Positions 25,819 to 40,355 of a stretch of 64,000 bases of DNA are shown here, piece after piece (position 1 is the stretch's first letter; every line of letters begins with the position of its first letter). Made by a program: the position numbers and the translations under genes. The stretch covers positions 91,946,001 through 92,010,000 of the forward strand of contig NC_043000.1 in the NCBI RefSeq assembly GCF_006345805.1, written 5' to 3'. The notes under the pieces were generated by a model. It had not been told where the DNA came from, searched no databases, and saw only the letters and a list, made by a program, of their open reading frames with translations. Source of the DNA: Octopus sinensis (lineage: Eukaryota).

Positions 25819-26595
25819 GTGTCTGATAGAACAACTCGGGACCTTCGTCTTCAAGACCTCAAAACAACACTTATTGAAAGACAATATCCACCCTCTCCTA
25901 TCGACGAGGGAATTAAACGTGCCAAACAATTAGACACAAAAACACTAAGAACAAAAAAACATAGCACCACACCTCAAACCAAAACATTACTATTTATATC
26001 AACACACAACCCCAGAAACAGTGATGCATTCAACACTATTGTGCAAACTCTTCCTTTACTAACTAGAGATCAAAAAATGAACGACATCCTAAAAACACAC
26101 AAACTCATCAAATGCAAAAAACAAGACAAATCGCTAAAGAGACTACTAACAAATGCGAAGCTTTACAAAACAACCACGAAACCAACGGTTGAAAAATGTG
26201 GACACCCAAACTGTGGAACCTGCCCCAACCTGCTTGAAGGCTCGGATTTCCTTTACAAACAAGGACAGAGGTTCACAATTAAAACTAGTTTCACCTGTGC
26301 CTCTGAGAACCTAATTTATGTAATAACCTGCTCGGGTTGCGGACACCAGTACATTGGACAAACGAGTATGACCTTGAGAAAGAGAACCACTCTACATAAG
26401 GAACAAATCCGTTTCCCGCAATACAGACAAATTCCTCTCAGTGAACATATAGAAAAATGTGCAGGTAACATCAAACCAAATTTCACAGTCTTCCCTCTCT
26501 ACCAGTGCAAAGACGCAATCTCTCAACTAGAACGTTTAAATAAAGAAACTTTTTTCATTGAAAAATACAAAACACGTCTTAATATGCACGCATAA
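25819..26595 (+). CDS. Open C-terminal segment of the PLE ORF (linker plus GIY-YIG endonuclease); part of a frameshifted polyprotein
   Basis: 258-codon open frame with GIY-YIG and ETFFIEKYKTRLN terminal motif. Confidence 0.8.
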   Translation: MSDRTTRDLRLQDLKTTLIERQYPPSPIDEGIKRAKQLDTKTLRTKKHSTTPQTKTLLFISTHNPRNSDAFNTIVQTLPLLTRDQKMNDILKTHKLIKCKKQDKSLKRLLTNAKLYKTTTKPTVEKCGHPNCGTCPNLLEGSDFLYKQGQRFTIKTSFTCASENLIYVITCSGCGHQYIGQTSMTLRKRTTLHKEQIRFPQYRQIPLSEHIEKCAGNIKPNFTVFPLYQCKDAISQLERLNKETFFIEKYKTRLNMHA

Positions 26596-26888
26596 CCAAC
26601 TTTAATATTTTTAAATATTTCAATTCACGATTACATCACTGTACATAAATCCCATACTAAACAAGGTTTTTGAAACCTGTCTCTGTTCTGTACACATATA
26701 TGATCCCCAGCCATTACCGAAAGCTGAACAGTTATCTCCCTTACCCACAACAATAACAATAATAAAAACCAATTACCTCCCTTTATTTATCTACTTGTGA
26801 AGTCATTCACTCGTGAATTTCATCACACACAACATGGACCAAATTTCTTCTTACGAAAAAATATATATTCAAATAAGTAAAACATAAT

Positions 26889-26919
26889 ATCATGAATAGC
26901 GATTGCGAAACCGGTCGAT
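26889..26919 (+). ncRNA. Decayed minimal HHR in the PLE 3' region
   Basis: atc-ATGAATA-gc-gatt-gc-GAAA-CCGG-TC-gat; ACCGGT palindrome; two core substitutions. Confidence 0.55.
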
Positions 26920-27038
26920 ATATTAAAAAGTATATTAAAACTATGTAAGTGTGCGTATTTTCCTTTTTTAATTTCTTATATAATATGTGGTGTGTGTGTG
27001 TGTATATATATATAGATATATATATATCTGTTTATATA

Positions 27039-27151
<113 letters not shown>

Positions 27152-27167
27152 TAGATAGGATAGATAA

Positions 27168-27230
<63 letters not shown>

Positions 27231-28043
27231 TATAGATACAGGTATTTCTATGAAAGTTATGGTGCAATTTAAAATACTTGTATCTCCACGTACTATGACC
27301 CAAAATCCTTTTGCCGCGGCACTGCCTGGAGTGATATGCGTGGTCCGGAAGAAGGGTTGCAACGGTATACCGCCAGGCCCAATGTCATTAGAGTTACACC
27401 TTTCTAGTCAGTCCGTCTGGCATTGCTCTCTTCCACTGGGACTAATCGTTGCGTTCGGAGATTTAGCTTCCTCCACTTGATCCACCGTTGGGGTCTTAGT
27501 TTGGTGTGGCGAGGGACAAGGACAGCTCTTCTCCTGTGCCCTTGTTTGAACGTATCTTGTTTTTAGTTCCGATAGGTGCTCTGACGCCCTCCTCCAAAAT
27601 CCAGCAAGCTGAACCAAGAGGGGAACCGGTTTAATCGCCGACAACCCGACCACGACTGAGAGGAGCGGGAGTACATGGTGGTGGTATATTCTCTGCATTG
27701 TGCAAATGATGTAACGCTCACAGCAGCGTTGGAGAGAATAAAGTTACAATGTTTTAAGGCGGATCCAATAATCAAGATGAGCATATGCCTTTAATATTTA
27801 ATATGCTTGCTTCTTCTTATTGCTCTTTATTTTTACTTTTATTAGTAGTCCCTTTTTATTACAATAATGGTTGTCATCGTCTTATTTAAATTTTTATTTA
27901 ATTTTTTTTTCATATTTCAAAAAATATATTTTTTTCTACGATAGTTGTTACTGTTAAGGAAGACTTTCTTACCGTTCTTGTTGTTATTGTTGCTGATCTT
28001 GTGATTGTACAAGCTGTAGCTGTCATACTTGTTCACATTCTTC

Positions 28044-28085
<42 letters not shown>

Positions 28086-28275
28086 GGTGGTGGTGGTGGT
28101 GGTGATGGTGGTAGTAATTGTCGTCGTCGTTGTTTTAAAATAAAGTGCAATCATGTGAAAATGATTTGCAATTAGTGGCGATTATCAAGGTAAATAGCTA
28201 CGATATTGTTGATGCAAGTAGATGTAACTTTAACCTGCCGCTAACAATTACTTCGTTCAAATTGTGTGGCTTTTA

Positions 28276-28369
<94 letters not shown>

Positions 28370-29174
28370 GTTATTTATTTTCTTCTTCTTCTTCTTCTTC
28401 TTCTTCTTCTTCTCTTCTTCTTCTTATTATTATTATTATTATTATTATTATTTAGAAACTATTATTTTAGTTAAATTTTTTTTATTGTAAATTCACTTGC
28501 AGTTTGTATGCGTAGGTGTGTATGTGCATGTAATTTGTATCTCAGCATGTATGTGTATGTGTGTGTGAGAGAAAGAGAAAGAGAGAGAAAGGAAGAAAGA
28601 GAGAGAGAGAGGGGGGCGCGTGGAGAAAATGTATTGTTATGTTTCGCCCAGATATGTACGAATATATGTCTCCCGATGTGTGTTTTTATCTTTGGGCGTA
28701 TGTATGCCTATGTAACATCTGCATATATATGGGTGCTTTTCATTGGTCATGTGTATGTATAAGCGTGTTTATTTCTCTGTGTGTGTCTATATGTCTGTTG
28801 GGTATCTATGACTATTAGCCTTAAAAGATGTGTATATATGTGTGTTAGAGGCGTATATGTGTGCGTGGGCGTACATTTACTTTTTGCGTGTGTGTCTGTA
28901 TGTCTATTACGGGTCTATGAGGATTTGTATTTAAAGGTTACGTATATATGCAAGAGCATGTATGTTTGTGTATGTGTTTGCTTTCAGGTGTTAACGTGTA
29001 TCTGTGTACATGCGCGTGTGTTTTACCTGTGTAATTGTGCCAATAATTATTCAGAACTTTTCCATTAGTACAACTGTAATGGTACCTGGGAATGACATGT
29101 AAATGCAGTATATTCGCATAATCTTGTCACCATTATCATCATTGTTGTCATCATCGTCGTCGTCATCGTCGTCG

Positions 29175-29241
<67 letters not shown>

Positions 29242-29505
29242 TATCATTATCGTCGTCGTCGTCGTCATCGACTTCGTTGTCGTCGTCCTCATCATCACCA
29301 TTGTTGCGTTCTTCGTCCTCCACCTTCTCCACATCATCCTCATCACCATTGTCATCATTCTCATTTATGTATCATACTTAATGTAACTCCATTGTGACAA
29401 GTAAATTTATTGTGGTGACCTTACTCCTGACCCTAATCCTAACCTATCTGGTGACAATGCCTTTTATGAATGCAGAGTGTTCAAAAGCAATATATATATA
29501 TATAT

Positions 29506-29749
29506 AAAGGGTAAAGACCCCCTTCGGTCATGACTGACCATGGGATTGCACCTAGAAAGTTACCCTCCTAGACACAAGTCCGGGCAAGGTTGTTTATGGA
29601 AGACCAGCAGTCGCCCGTGCATACCAGCCTCCCCTCTCCACGCCACCAGTGTTATCCAAGGGAAAGACAAAGGTCGATACTGCTTGGCACCTGTGACGTC
29701 GCAACTCACTTCTACAGCTGAGTGAACTGGAGCAACGTGAAATAAAGTG
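29506..29749 (-). mobile_element. 3' part of a CORE-like SINE
   Basis: ctgagtgaactggagcaacgtgaaataaagtg matches the reverse complement of the family C core; ctttaccctttt-type tail. Confidence 0.55.
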
Positions 29750-29793
<44 letters not shown>

Positions 29794-29824
29794 ATGTGTG
29801 TGTGTGTGTGGTGTGTGTGTGTGT

Positions 29825-29857
<33 letters not shown>

Positions 29858-29866
29858 ATATGTGAG

Positions 29867-29965
29867 AATTATTCGGTAGCCATGATAAGACTCCGAGTTT
29901 CGGATGTCGGGGCGGAAACCAACGCCGCCAGCTCTTCAGTTGTCTGGCACGGCTACCGAATAATT
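29867..29965 (-). ncRNA. 99-bp hairpin mini-element containing an HHR with canonical core
   Basis: Perfect 15-bp IR aattattcggtagcc/ggctaccgaataatt. Minus strand: gacaa-CTGAAGA-g…ggcgg/ccgcc…c-GAAA-CTCGGAG-TC-ttatc. Confidence 0.7.
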
Positions 29966-30092
29966 GTCAAATATTATATTTACAGATAAATTCCTATATT
30001 TACATAATATCGAGGTCTCTTTCATTCATTTGTTGTCTTACCATTTCTATCAATATATATGTTTATATATATATATATATATATATATACAT

Positions 30093-30144
<52 letters not shown>

Positions 30145-30145
30145 T

Positions 30146-30188
<43 letters not shown>

Positions 30189-30832
30189 CACATATATATA
30201 TGTATATATATGAGGGATACGAAAATCGTTCACCAGTGAGAAGTGAACACAATGTAGTTACATTTAGTATAATATATAGATGACTATGATAATCAAACAT
30301 TGCTTCGGTTGCATATAATAGATTTTTATTTTGCAAAGTGGCTATTCGCAAGAGTAGTGATTATTTTTATTCTTTCTCAATATATCGGTGATGACAAATA
30401 TCGTCTAAACATGCTGGTTCTGAGTACACGGCACAGAAAGTGCTCAACAAAGCTGAAATGTATTTAGCATTTTTTCAAGTAGTCTAAAACATACGGCCCA
30501 ATCATGAAATATAAAAGTAAACTGCAGCTTCCCCGGGTCCTTCAGAAAAGTCTGAGGCTGGACGAAGTTTTCAGGTCTGAAAATACAGAGAAAATAATTC
30601 TGATCATAGGAAGAAGCGCGAAATCATTCCTTTCAATTGAAGTATCTTGTGTGCTAGAACCTTTGGTAGGATAGCAAGTAGAGATGAATGTCATAGCCAT
30701 TCCCAGCCAAAATTGGCTGTAGAGGATTCCATTCCCAGTCAATATAGAGAATACTTACAGCCATTAGAATAAGAGGAAGCGAGATAAAGAAAACTGTACG
30801 CAGGATAGGTGGGGCAGCAGAAAGGACCGCTT

Positions 30833-31066
30833 AAGGCGATAAGCTGGCAGAAACGTCAGCACGCCGGGCGAAATGCGTAGCCGTATTTCGTCTGTCTTTA
30901 CGGTCTGAGTTCAAATTCCGCCGAGGTCGACTTTGCCTTTCATCCTTTCGGCGTCGATAAATTAAGTACCAGTTACACACTGGGGTCGATGTAATCGACT
31001 TAATCCCTTTGTCTGTCCTTGTTTGTCCACTCTGTGTTTAGCCCCTTGTGTGCAATAAAGAAATAA
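30833..31066 (+). mobile_element. SINE family A, full length, with TSD
   Basis: agaaaggaccgct / agaaaggactgct flanks. Confidence 0.9.
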
Positions 31067-31310
31067 GAAAGGACTGCTTGTTGGTTTAGAGAGCAAGAAA
31101 GAATAGTTAAACTGAAACTAGGAGCAGTGGCTCGACCACCACTGCTAACCCACCAACGAGAGGCTGATACTGTTTAGGGTAAAAACACACAATGATAATT
31201 CGATACTGGCAAATAACATCAACTCCTTCTGGTCAAAGTAGCATCTGCGAAAGCGAAAGGAGATAAAACACTTTCAAGATGTATTCAATATATCAATTAT
31301 CATATATGAT

Positions 31311-31343
<33 letters not shown>

Positions 31344-31446
31344 CATATATATATAGATATATATACTCATATTCATACAGGCATTCATATACATATATAT
31401 ATATGTATATGCGTATATGTATATACATATATATACATGTATATGT

Positions 31447-31623
31447 AAGGCGCAGGAGTGGCTGTGTGGTAAGTAGCTTGCTTTCAAACCACATGGTTCC
31501 GGGTTCAGTCCCACTGCATGGCACCTTGGGCAAGTGTCTTCTACTATAGCCTCGTGCCGACCAAAGCCTTGTGAATGGATTTGGTAGACGGAAACTGAAA
31601 GAAGCCCGTCGTATATATGTATA

Positions 31624-31679
<56 letters not shown>

Positions 31680-31890
31680 TGTGTGTGTGTTTGTGCGTCT
31701 GTGTTCGTTCCCCCAACATCGCTTGGCAACTGATGTTGGTGTGTTTATGTTCTCGTAACCTAGCGGTTCGGCAAAACAGACGGATATAATAAGTACTAGG
31801 CTTACGAAGAATAAGTCCTGGGGTCGATTTGCTTGACTAAATGCGGTGCTCCAGCATGGCCGCAGTCAAATGACGGAAACAAATAAAAGA
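31447..31890 (+). mobile_element. SINE family B, full length
   Basis: A and B boxes, CORE-like segment, internal microsatellite, tail. Confidence 0.9.
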
Positions 31891-31911
31891 GTATATATAT
31901 ATGTACATATG

Positions 31912-31943
<32 letters not shown>

Positions 31944-31978
31944 ATGTATGTATATATATATATATATATATAATATAT

Positions 31979-32399
<421 letters not shown>

Positions 32400-32452
32400 A
32401 TCTGTTTCAACACACGACTTCACATAAAAAATCTTGCCCAACAAATATTTAA

Positions 32453-32514
<62 letters not shown>

Positions 32515-33243
32515 CTTTGCATATGTACATGCATATATATATATACGCTCAAAAAATAGCAGCCAAATCTACCTCAAATCACATCCTGCCCTCTTGAATA
32601 AAGAAAATAACACGTTATACAATATAAGTCATACATATTTGCCTAAAGTAAAAGTTCAGGGTATGGTTGATATCTAAAGAGGCTTTGATTGCGAATCTCC
32701 AGCTTCAGAGTTGACTTGTAGCTAAACAACAACTAAGACACAGTTACCATTCTAGTGAAATCTATACCACTACGACTACTCTCACCACTACTATTACGAC
32801 TACCTCACTTCTATCACAGTTATCAACTCACCACCAAAACCACCATCGTATCCATAATTATCTCCCCTCATCCCTTGTTAGCCCTCTACCCATCTCATGC
32901 ATTTCATTCGCTCCGTCATTATTACGTCATTGATGACTGTTTAGTATTTATCGTCAATGTAAAAGAAAACATAACTTATTTATTTTATTATTTTTTAAAT
33001 GCTTGTTTATTTTGTTTTTCTTCAAGGGAGTTTTATTTCAATGTTCACTTTAGCTTTGGGTTTTACTGAGTATGAAACAACGTCTTTTATAAAAAAAAAA
33101 ACATGATGATGAGGCATTGGCGCATAATGAGGACAACCATCATCGTTATAATAAGGAAGATAATGAGCATAATAACAACAAAGATTGAGAAGGGAGAGGG
33201 GTGATGGCAATGTTGATGAGGATGATGATGATGATGGTGGTGA

Positions 33244-33277
<34 letters not shown>

Positions 33278-33501
33278 GGTGGTGGTGGTGATGATGATGA
33301 TGATGATAATGATGATGATAGTAATAATAAAAATAACGATGATGAAGAAGAAGATGATTATGATGACGGTGAGGACAAAGACGAAGTTGATGTTGATAAT
33401 GATCGTTTCTTTTATTATTAAATCAAAAATTTTTAACTCAAAAGTTCTAAATAATATGAATTATAATAATGATGATGATGAGGAGGAGGAGGATGATGAT
33501 G

Positions 33502-33562
<61 letters not shown>

Positions 33563-33630
33563 TGATGATGATGATGATAGTAATAATATTATGATTATGA
33601 TGACGATGATGATGATGATGATGGCAGTTA

Positions 33631-33662
<32 letters not shown>

Positions 33663-33866
33663 ACAACAACAACAACAACAACATAATGGATTCCAATTTA
33701 GGCACAAGGCTACCAATTACGTGATGAGGAGGCTAGTTGATTGCATCACCCTCTGTTCAAATTCTATTATATTTTAAGTTTTTATTGCTTAAGTTTTTAT
33801 TGTTGTTTATTTATTTATTTCCTATAAGAATACTTTCTTTTGTAACAATTTATAATAATAATAATG

Positions 33867-33936
<70 letters not shown>

Positions 33937-34725
33937 TAATAACGATAATATTGAAAATATCCATGATATTATAAAAAGAAGAGACAGTAGTGTATACGTA
34001 CTTGAAATTCTAATGCCAGGTAACTTTTCCTGTTGAATGCCGAAGCTCACTAAATTCTTAAGGAATTCTGCAGACTTAACTGTTGAATTATAAACTTGAT
34101 GGTAGTTTAGGAATTTACTCACTATCTCATTTATAATTTCAAGAACATGGAATGATACACAGTCTTTTTCATTAAGACTTTGATTAATTACATAACAGGA
34201 TAGGTATAGGCATGTGCCATAACTGCATAGCAATTTTTCCTCTAAGGGAATTCTACATACATACATACATACATATATATATGCATGCATACATACGTAC
34301 ATGCATACGTACGTACATACTTACATACATACATACCTTACTGGAACAACAGAATAAATAAATAAAAAACCGTCTAGGGCAAAGTATGTCTGAACCTGGG
34401 ATCATGGGGAGAGAGTCAAAATCCTTAATTCATATGCTAAAAATGATCACGATATCTGGGGCTACAAAAATCTGCATGACCTTCATAAGACTTAAAGGAT
34501 TTCCTTTCATTCTCTTATTTTGTTTCAGTCATTTGACTGCGGCCATGCTGGAGCACAGCCTTTAGTCGAGCAAATCAACCACAGGACTTATTCTTTGTAA
34601 GCCTAGTACTTATTCTATCGGTCTCTCTTGCCGAACCGCTAAGTGACAAGGACGTAATCACACCAGCATCAGTCGTCAAGTGATGTTGGGGAACAAACAC
34701 AGACACACAAACAAATATATATATA

Positions 34726-36742
34726 CTAGCTTAAGGTGACCCGCTCTACGCGCGGGTAAGAGTGTGGTTGTTACTTTCTGTTGCTTCCTTTCAGCACGTA
34801 AAAAGCACCATCCGAACGTGGCCGATTGCAGCGCCGCCTTGACTGATCGTGGCCGCTGCCAGCCCCACTGGCACCTGTGCCGGCGGCACGAAAAAAGCAC
34901 CCACTACACTCACAGAGTGGTTGGCGTTAGGAAGGTCATCCACCTGTAGAAACACTGCCAGATCAGACTGGAGCCTGGTGCAGCCTCCTGGCTTCCCAGA
35001 CCCCGGTCAAACTGTCCAACCCGTGCTAGCACGGAAAACGGACGTTAAACGATGATGATGATGATGATTCTCCCTCTTTGTTTCTCTCTCCTTTCTCTCT
35101 CACTTTCCCACTCTCTTACTTTTCTTTTCTCTCGGACTCTCCCTCGCTTTCTCTTACTCTCTATCTTTATCTATCTCTCTCCCATTTATAAACAGCAAAA
35201 GATCTTGAGTAAGTTGAGAAATAAAATATTTTGAAAGATCAATCATAAATATCAGGCAGTGACAACGGAAAGGACTGCTTCAAGGCAGACAGCAAAACAC
35301 TAACATTTAAAAGGGACAGACGAACTTGCGAGCTGAATAAAAATAATAAAATATTGGAAACCAAAGTTTGAAGGGATAGAATCTGAGGATAGTAGAGTCA
35401 CCATGGCTGGCATTTCTTAACGACGGACAGCAACGTATTGAGAGTTTAACGGCTGGCGTAAAATTTTGAACTTGATGTAAAAGAAAATTCCTAAACACCA
35501 AGTTTTGAAGTGATTCTTTCTGACGACAGTAGACTCACCATGGCAAGCATTCAAAACTTCTTCATCATGGACGGCCACACATTGACGATTAAAAGGCTGG
35601 CGCAAATTTTTTAGCTTGATGTAACAGAGAATCCCTAAACACCCGCTCCTTTAAATTTTAATCCCCATTCCAGCCCCATTTAGACCCCTTTTCACATTTT
35701 GGTTAATATAACCCGATTTCATTCGGGTGTACTGGGGCCACATTTTATAAGATGAGGAATTTTGTCCTAGAGGTCACGCCTTTCATTTGAGGAAAAAATA
35801 GTTGTCATGCAAACTTGCCAGCACTTTTAACATAGGTGTGCATATTTTCAACTCAACCGACCACATAATGCATACATTATATATATATATATATATGTGT
35901 GTGTGTGCACGCATAATATATACAAATGTATACAAATTATATATATATATATATATGTATAAATAAAATTAGAGATAAAACCACTAATAGGCAAATCAAA
36001 CAGTGAAAAACATAAACCAAAAATTTAAAATAAAAATATAATATACAAAATATATAAAATATAAAATTGAAAAATTTAAATTATTTAAGTTTAAAATTAA
36101 AATTATTAATTTATATTCATAATTTTTAAAAATATATATATAACTATCAAAAAGTATTAAAACGTTTAATATACATAAATACAGATATATACACTTTGTA
36201 TATATACATTATATATACATATTTATATATAGAACACACACACACACACACACATATATATAAATTAACCCAATAAATATCTGATTCATAATATTTGTTC
36301 TCATGATTGTTTGTTGTTTGTGGCGATGACAATTCTCTCTATGAATGCAGACAGACGTAGAGAGAGAGAGTGTGTGAAAGCGCTGTGGAAGGCGGGGAGG
36401 AGGGGGAGATATAGGACGCCGTGACGCGACGTTATAAAGAGAAAGTGAAGGGGAGTTACACGCTGTTAGACGACGTTATATATAGAAAGTGATGGGAAGG
36501 GAGGAAAGAGAATGAGTGACGGAGGAAGACAGATACATAAAAGAATGAGAGTAAACTTGTCAAAGTGCGTTTTTGGCCCTAGCAACGACACCTTGTAAGA
36601 TAACCCACTGGCATCCTCACCTCATTTTACATGTCCCTGTAAATTTTGGAGTCAATCCGACGGGATCTAGTGGCCTTTAACCCGTTCTCAATGCCAAAAC
36701 CAGACAAACAAACTTTTCGCATTTCAGTTTTATAAATAGCGA
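34726..36742 (-). mobile_element. Non-autonomous Helitron-type element (2017 bp) with nested repeats
   Basis: Minus strand starts A|TCGCTATTTATAAAA…gtttgtttgtctgg at 36742 and ends acccgc…gcgggt hairpin plus CTAG|T at 34726; the host SINE is continuous across the site. Confidence 0.8.
34794..35067 (+). mobile_element. Retroposon 3' fragment ending in (GAT)n, nested in the Helitron
   Basis: …ggcgttaggaaggtcatccacctgtagaaac…ggacgttaaacgatgatgatg tail. Confidence 0.55.
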
Positions 36743-36802
36743 TGTATGTATATATATAGATATAGATATATATCTAGATATAGATATATACCTATATATA
36801 TA

Positions 36803-36863
<61 letters not shown>

Positions 36864-37039
36864 CGGCGAACTTCTTTCAGTTTCGGTCTACCAAATCCAC
36901 TCACAAGGTTTTGGTCGGCGCGAAGCTATAGTAGAAGACACCTGCCCAAGATGCCACGCAGTGGTATTGAATACGGAACTATGGGGTTGGTAAGCAAGCT
37001 ACTTACCACACAGCCATTCCTGATAGTAGTTAAAAGAAG

Positions 37040-37330
37040 ATATTTGCCTTCACAACCTTGTTACCAAGTTGGTGGTCGGTCAAAATTTACTCTAAATTAA
37101 AAAAAGAAAGGGGATATACATACATACGAACTATTCATGAATCTACTGCTACTCTATCCAGATTACAAGTTCAGGTTTATACCTGTAATTATTGGGGCAC
37201 ACTGCCTAAATATCAATCTTGAGAAATTAGGCTTCTCAAATCCAGAATGGCGAAAGCTAATTTGAAGAATACAGATCCAATCCAAGACTGGAACTGTAAA
37301 AATCTGTAAAACTTTCCAGAAGTTTGTCAT
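37040..37330 (+). mobile_element. Second R4/NeSL-like REL-endonuclease C-terminal fragment
   Basis: LLYPDYKFRFIPVIIGA…NLEKLGFS…IQIQSKTGTVKICKTF, followed by a short UTR and (ACAT)n. Confidence 0.65.
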
Positions 37331-38569
37331 TTAAGTATATATAAGCATGTCTAAGCATGAAACTATAAGTATGAGAATACATGCATAAAACAAAACAGAC
37401 ATATCTGCACATATACATACATGCATGCATTTATACATACATACATACATACATACATACATACATACATACATACATACATACATACAAACATACATAC
37501 ATACACACACACACACATATCTATGCATACATACATACATACATACATACATACATACATACACACATACATACATACATACATACTACATACATACATA
37601 CATACATACATACATACATACATACATACATGCACACACTACATATAGGTGGTTGTCAGCTCGTAAATGAGTGTATGACTATCACTGACGTATTATATGA
37701 TAGTAGGTGTTGCTGACAACGACTGTCGGTAATGCGTGTATTGAAATTTAAAGTAAATAACAACTTACATAAAACCACAAAAATTGCTGTCTACAAAACC
37801 AAGTGATCCAAAAACAAGATAAAAGCAGGATATCATCACTGGTATTTACAATAGCCGCCAGCCCGAGAAAAAATCCGATTGGATGAATTTTGTTCACACC
37901 CCATCATATGTAGTGTGTTTTTTAACAAAGCACGTTCATCAGGGATATAACCTCTGGTCTTAGACTGCTGTATATTTGCATTTCGTTGCTTTTCATCGTA
38001 ACAGATTCTGATTGAATTCGTATTTATCTTCTTTTGTCTTTTACATACATCAGTCATTAGAGTGAGACCGTTCTTGGACACTGTCTTGAAAGGTTTACTC
38101 GAACAAACCGACCGCAGTAAGGCCTAGAACTTACTTTATCACTCTCTGTTACCGAAGCGATAAGTTACGGGGACATAAACAAACCAATTTCGTTTGTCAA
38201 GTGGTGGGGTGGCAAACACATACACACACACACGACTGGTTTTCAAACTGTTTCCGTCAACCAAATTCACTCACATGTCGCTGAGTGATCTTGTCCGAGA
38301 TTATAGTAAAAGACATTAGCCCAAGTGTCGCACAGTGGAACTGAACCTGAAACCATGTGGTTACAAAGTGTTCTTCTTAAATACATAGCCATGCCTGTAC
38401 CTGTACGGTTTGGAGAATTATTGGATTCAGTTACTGATTTTTAAAGGAATATTTCATTTTGCGTATCAATTACTATTTCGGTTATATATATATATATTCG
38501 ATTATATACACATTCCACACAAGTGATAAAAACTGAGCCCATTCCTATTTCAGAATATTTCCAATGGAA

Positions 38570-39540
38570 TTAAAAGAAATTACTGATGTAAGGCACAACA
38601 TTGAAGTGTCATGAAATGTTGGAATCAATCAGATCAATTATAACTTGCACTATTTCTACGGTAAATCTAAAACATGCATTACGTCTTCCGTTTTCACTAA
38701 AGAACTTTTATCTCTTGTTCCTTTGGAAAATTCATTTGGGTTTCCAATGTTTTCAACAGCCCCTTCCAACATTTTCTCTAAGAAGACTGCTCCATTTTTG
38801 AAGTAAAGGACTTGGCGCACCTTTTAAGGATTTCAAATTATTCCCTTCCTCATTAGTTCTAGCATTCTTGACTTGAAGAACAGGCAATTCAATAATGAAT
38901 TGTCGATTTAATTTTTGATCCTAATTGACGCCGTAATAATGCACTCAAAGGATTTTAAATAAGTTGAAATGCCTTTTACAATTGAAACTGTTTTCCGCGT
39001 TAGATGACTCTGAGCAAAGATATAATTGCTCTTTTTTTCCTTGTAAGACAATAATGTGAGTTACTAAAGACTCCAAAGCATTCAACTCTTGCCGATAGTT
39101 AAGTATCAGATGTAGCACGCAGCGAAATCTCTATACAATATTTTAGAATTTGCCATCATTGGAGGTTACTATTAAATATGTTGTAAAAATGAAATAAAGC
39201 GACTTCATTGCAGCATTCAACTGCGCTAATGCCATCCAAATTAAGACTTTAAAAGCAGGCACAAGGTACAGCAAATAGATTGAACTTAACAATCATTATA
39301 TCGACCAAACTCATTACTACCAGTGCCAAAACTTTGTTCATGAAATGTAGTGAATGGAATATCATTTTATCGTGTTTTTTTAATTCAATCAAATATTACC
39401 TTCATCACATCGTCCCCATTCTCATGATTACAGACAATGAAATCAAGACTTTCTGTTACTTCATATTAGACCTTAATCAAGACTGTCTTTTACTTCATAT
39501 TAGACCTTAACTTTGTTAAGGTAACAAATTATATTACCAA
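38570..39540 (-). mobile_element. Decayed hAT transposase fragment
   Basis: Minus strand: EQSFGTGSNEFGRYN (cf. GQxYDNGSNMxG), SLNLDGISAVECC (cf. HSLNL), SDT*LSARVE (cf. SDTRWSAR); many stops. Confidence 0.65.
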
Positions 39541-39593
39541 TATAGTTTGTTCCATAAATGAGGAATCAGAAATCATATGCGTGATTATATATA

Positions 39594-39809
39594 CAAGGGG
39601 GTGCTGAAAAGTTCTTGGTTTTAAGGATGAATGTGAAAGGCCTCATTGGAGTCAACATGCCGAGTTCTTTTACAGGGCTTAGAAAAACTGAAGCACCGCT
39701 GCAATAAGTGTGTGAATCTGAGAGAGGAAACTGTTTAATAAAATCATAATTAACTGATGCTTCTGTGTTTTCTTTTACTCAAAGCCAGGAACTTTTCACC
39801 ACCTCCTCT
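39594..39809 (+). mobile_element. Mariner-derived MITE
   Basis: Imperfect TIRs caaggggtgctgaaaagttcttgg / ccaggaacttttcaccacctcctct; TA flanks; retains GLEKLKHRCNKCVNLR, the mariner C-terminus. Confidence 0.8.
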
Positions 39810-39944
39810 TACTGCTATATTGCAACTTCACCTTCTGTTTAAATAGCTTTTGTAACGTGATCGGCTCAACACTAATGAAGTCATTTTGACTTTTGAGGGA
39901 AAAGTAATGGCCCTTCATTCCTTCGTTCATTTTAATTTTTCAAT

Positions 39945-40355
39945 AGGCGTAGGAGTGGCTGTGTGGTAAGTAGCTTGCTTACCAACCACATGGTTCCGGG
40001 TTAAGTCCCACTGCGTGGCACCTTGGGCAAGTGTCTTCTAGTATAGCTTCGGGCCGACCAAAGCCATGTGAGTGGATTTGGTAGACGGAAACTGAAAGAA
40101 GCCCGTTGTATATATATGAATATATATATATGTGTGTGTGTGCGTGTGTATGTTTGTGTGTCTGTGTTTGTCCCCGCAACATCGCTTGACAACCGATGTT
40201 GGTGTGTTTACGTCCCCGTAACTTAGCGGTTCGGCAAAATAGAATAAGTACTAGACTTACAAAGAATAAGTCCTGGGGTCGATTTGCTCTACTAAAGGTG
40301 CTGCTCCAGTATGGCCGCAGTCAAATGACTGAAACAAGTAAAAGATTAAAAGAGT
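39945..40355 (+). mobile_element. SINE family B, full length
   Basis: Matches the B consensus. Confidence 0.9.

Larger units (their letters stand above)
24880..26990 (+). mobile_element. 5'-truncated Penelope-like element (RT plus GIY-YIG; Neptune-like linker, tentative)
   Basis: FYGLPKIHK, RPIVAGP, DVINLY, GIAMGT, RYLDD, LPFLD, YYKPT RT motifs with a few frameshifts; CGHPNCGTC linker; NLIYVITCSGCGHQYIGQT; stop at 26595. Confidence 0.95.
34511..37022 (-). mobile_element. SINE family B split by a 2-kb Helitron
   Basis: The tail (34511-34725) and head (36743-37022) join into one B copy when 34726-36742 is removed. Confidence 0.85.

Noticed and set aside
37936-37942. Minus-strand CTGATGA
   Set aside because: No downstream GAAA-stem III-NUH.
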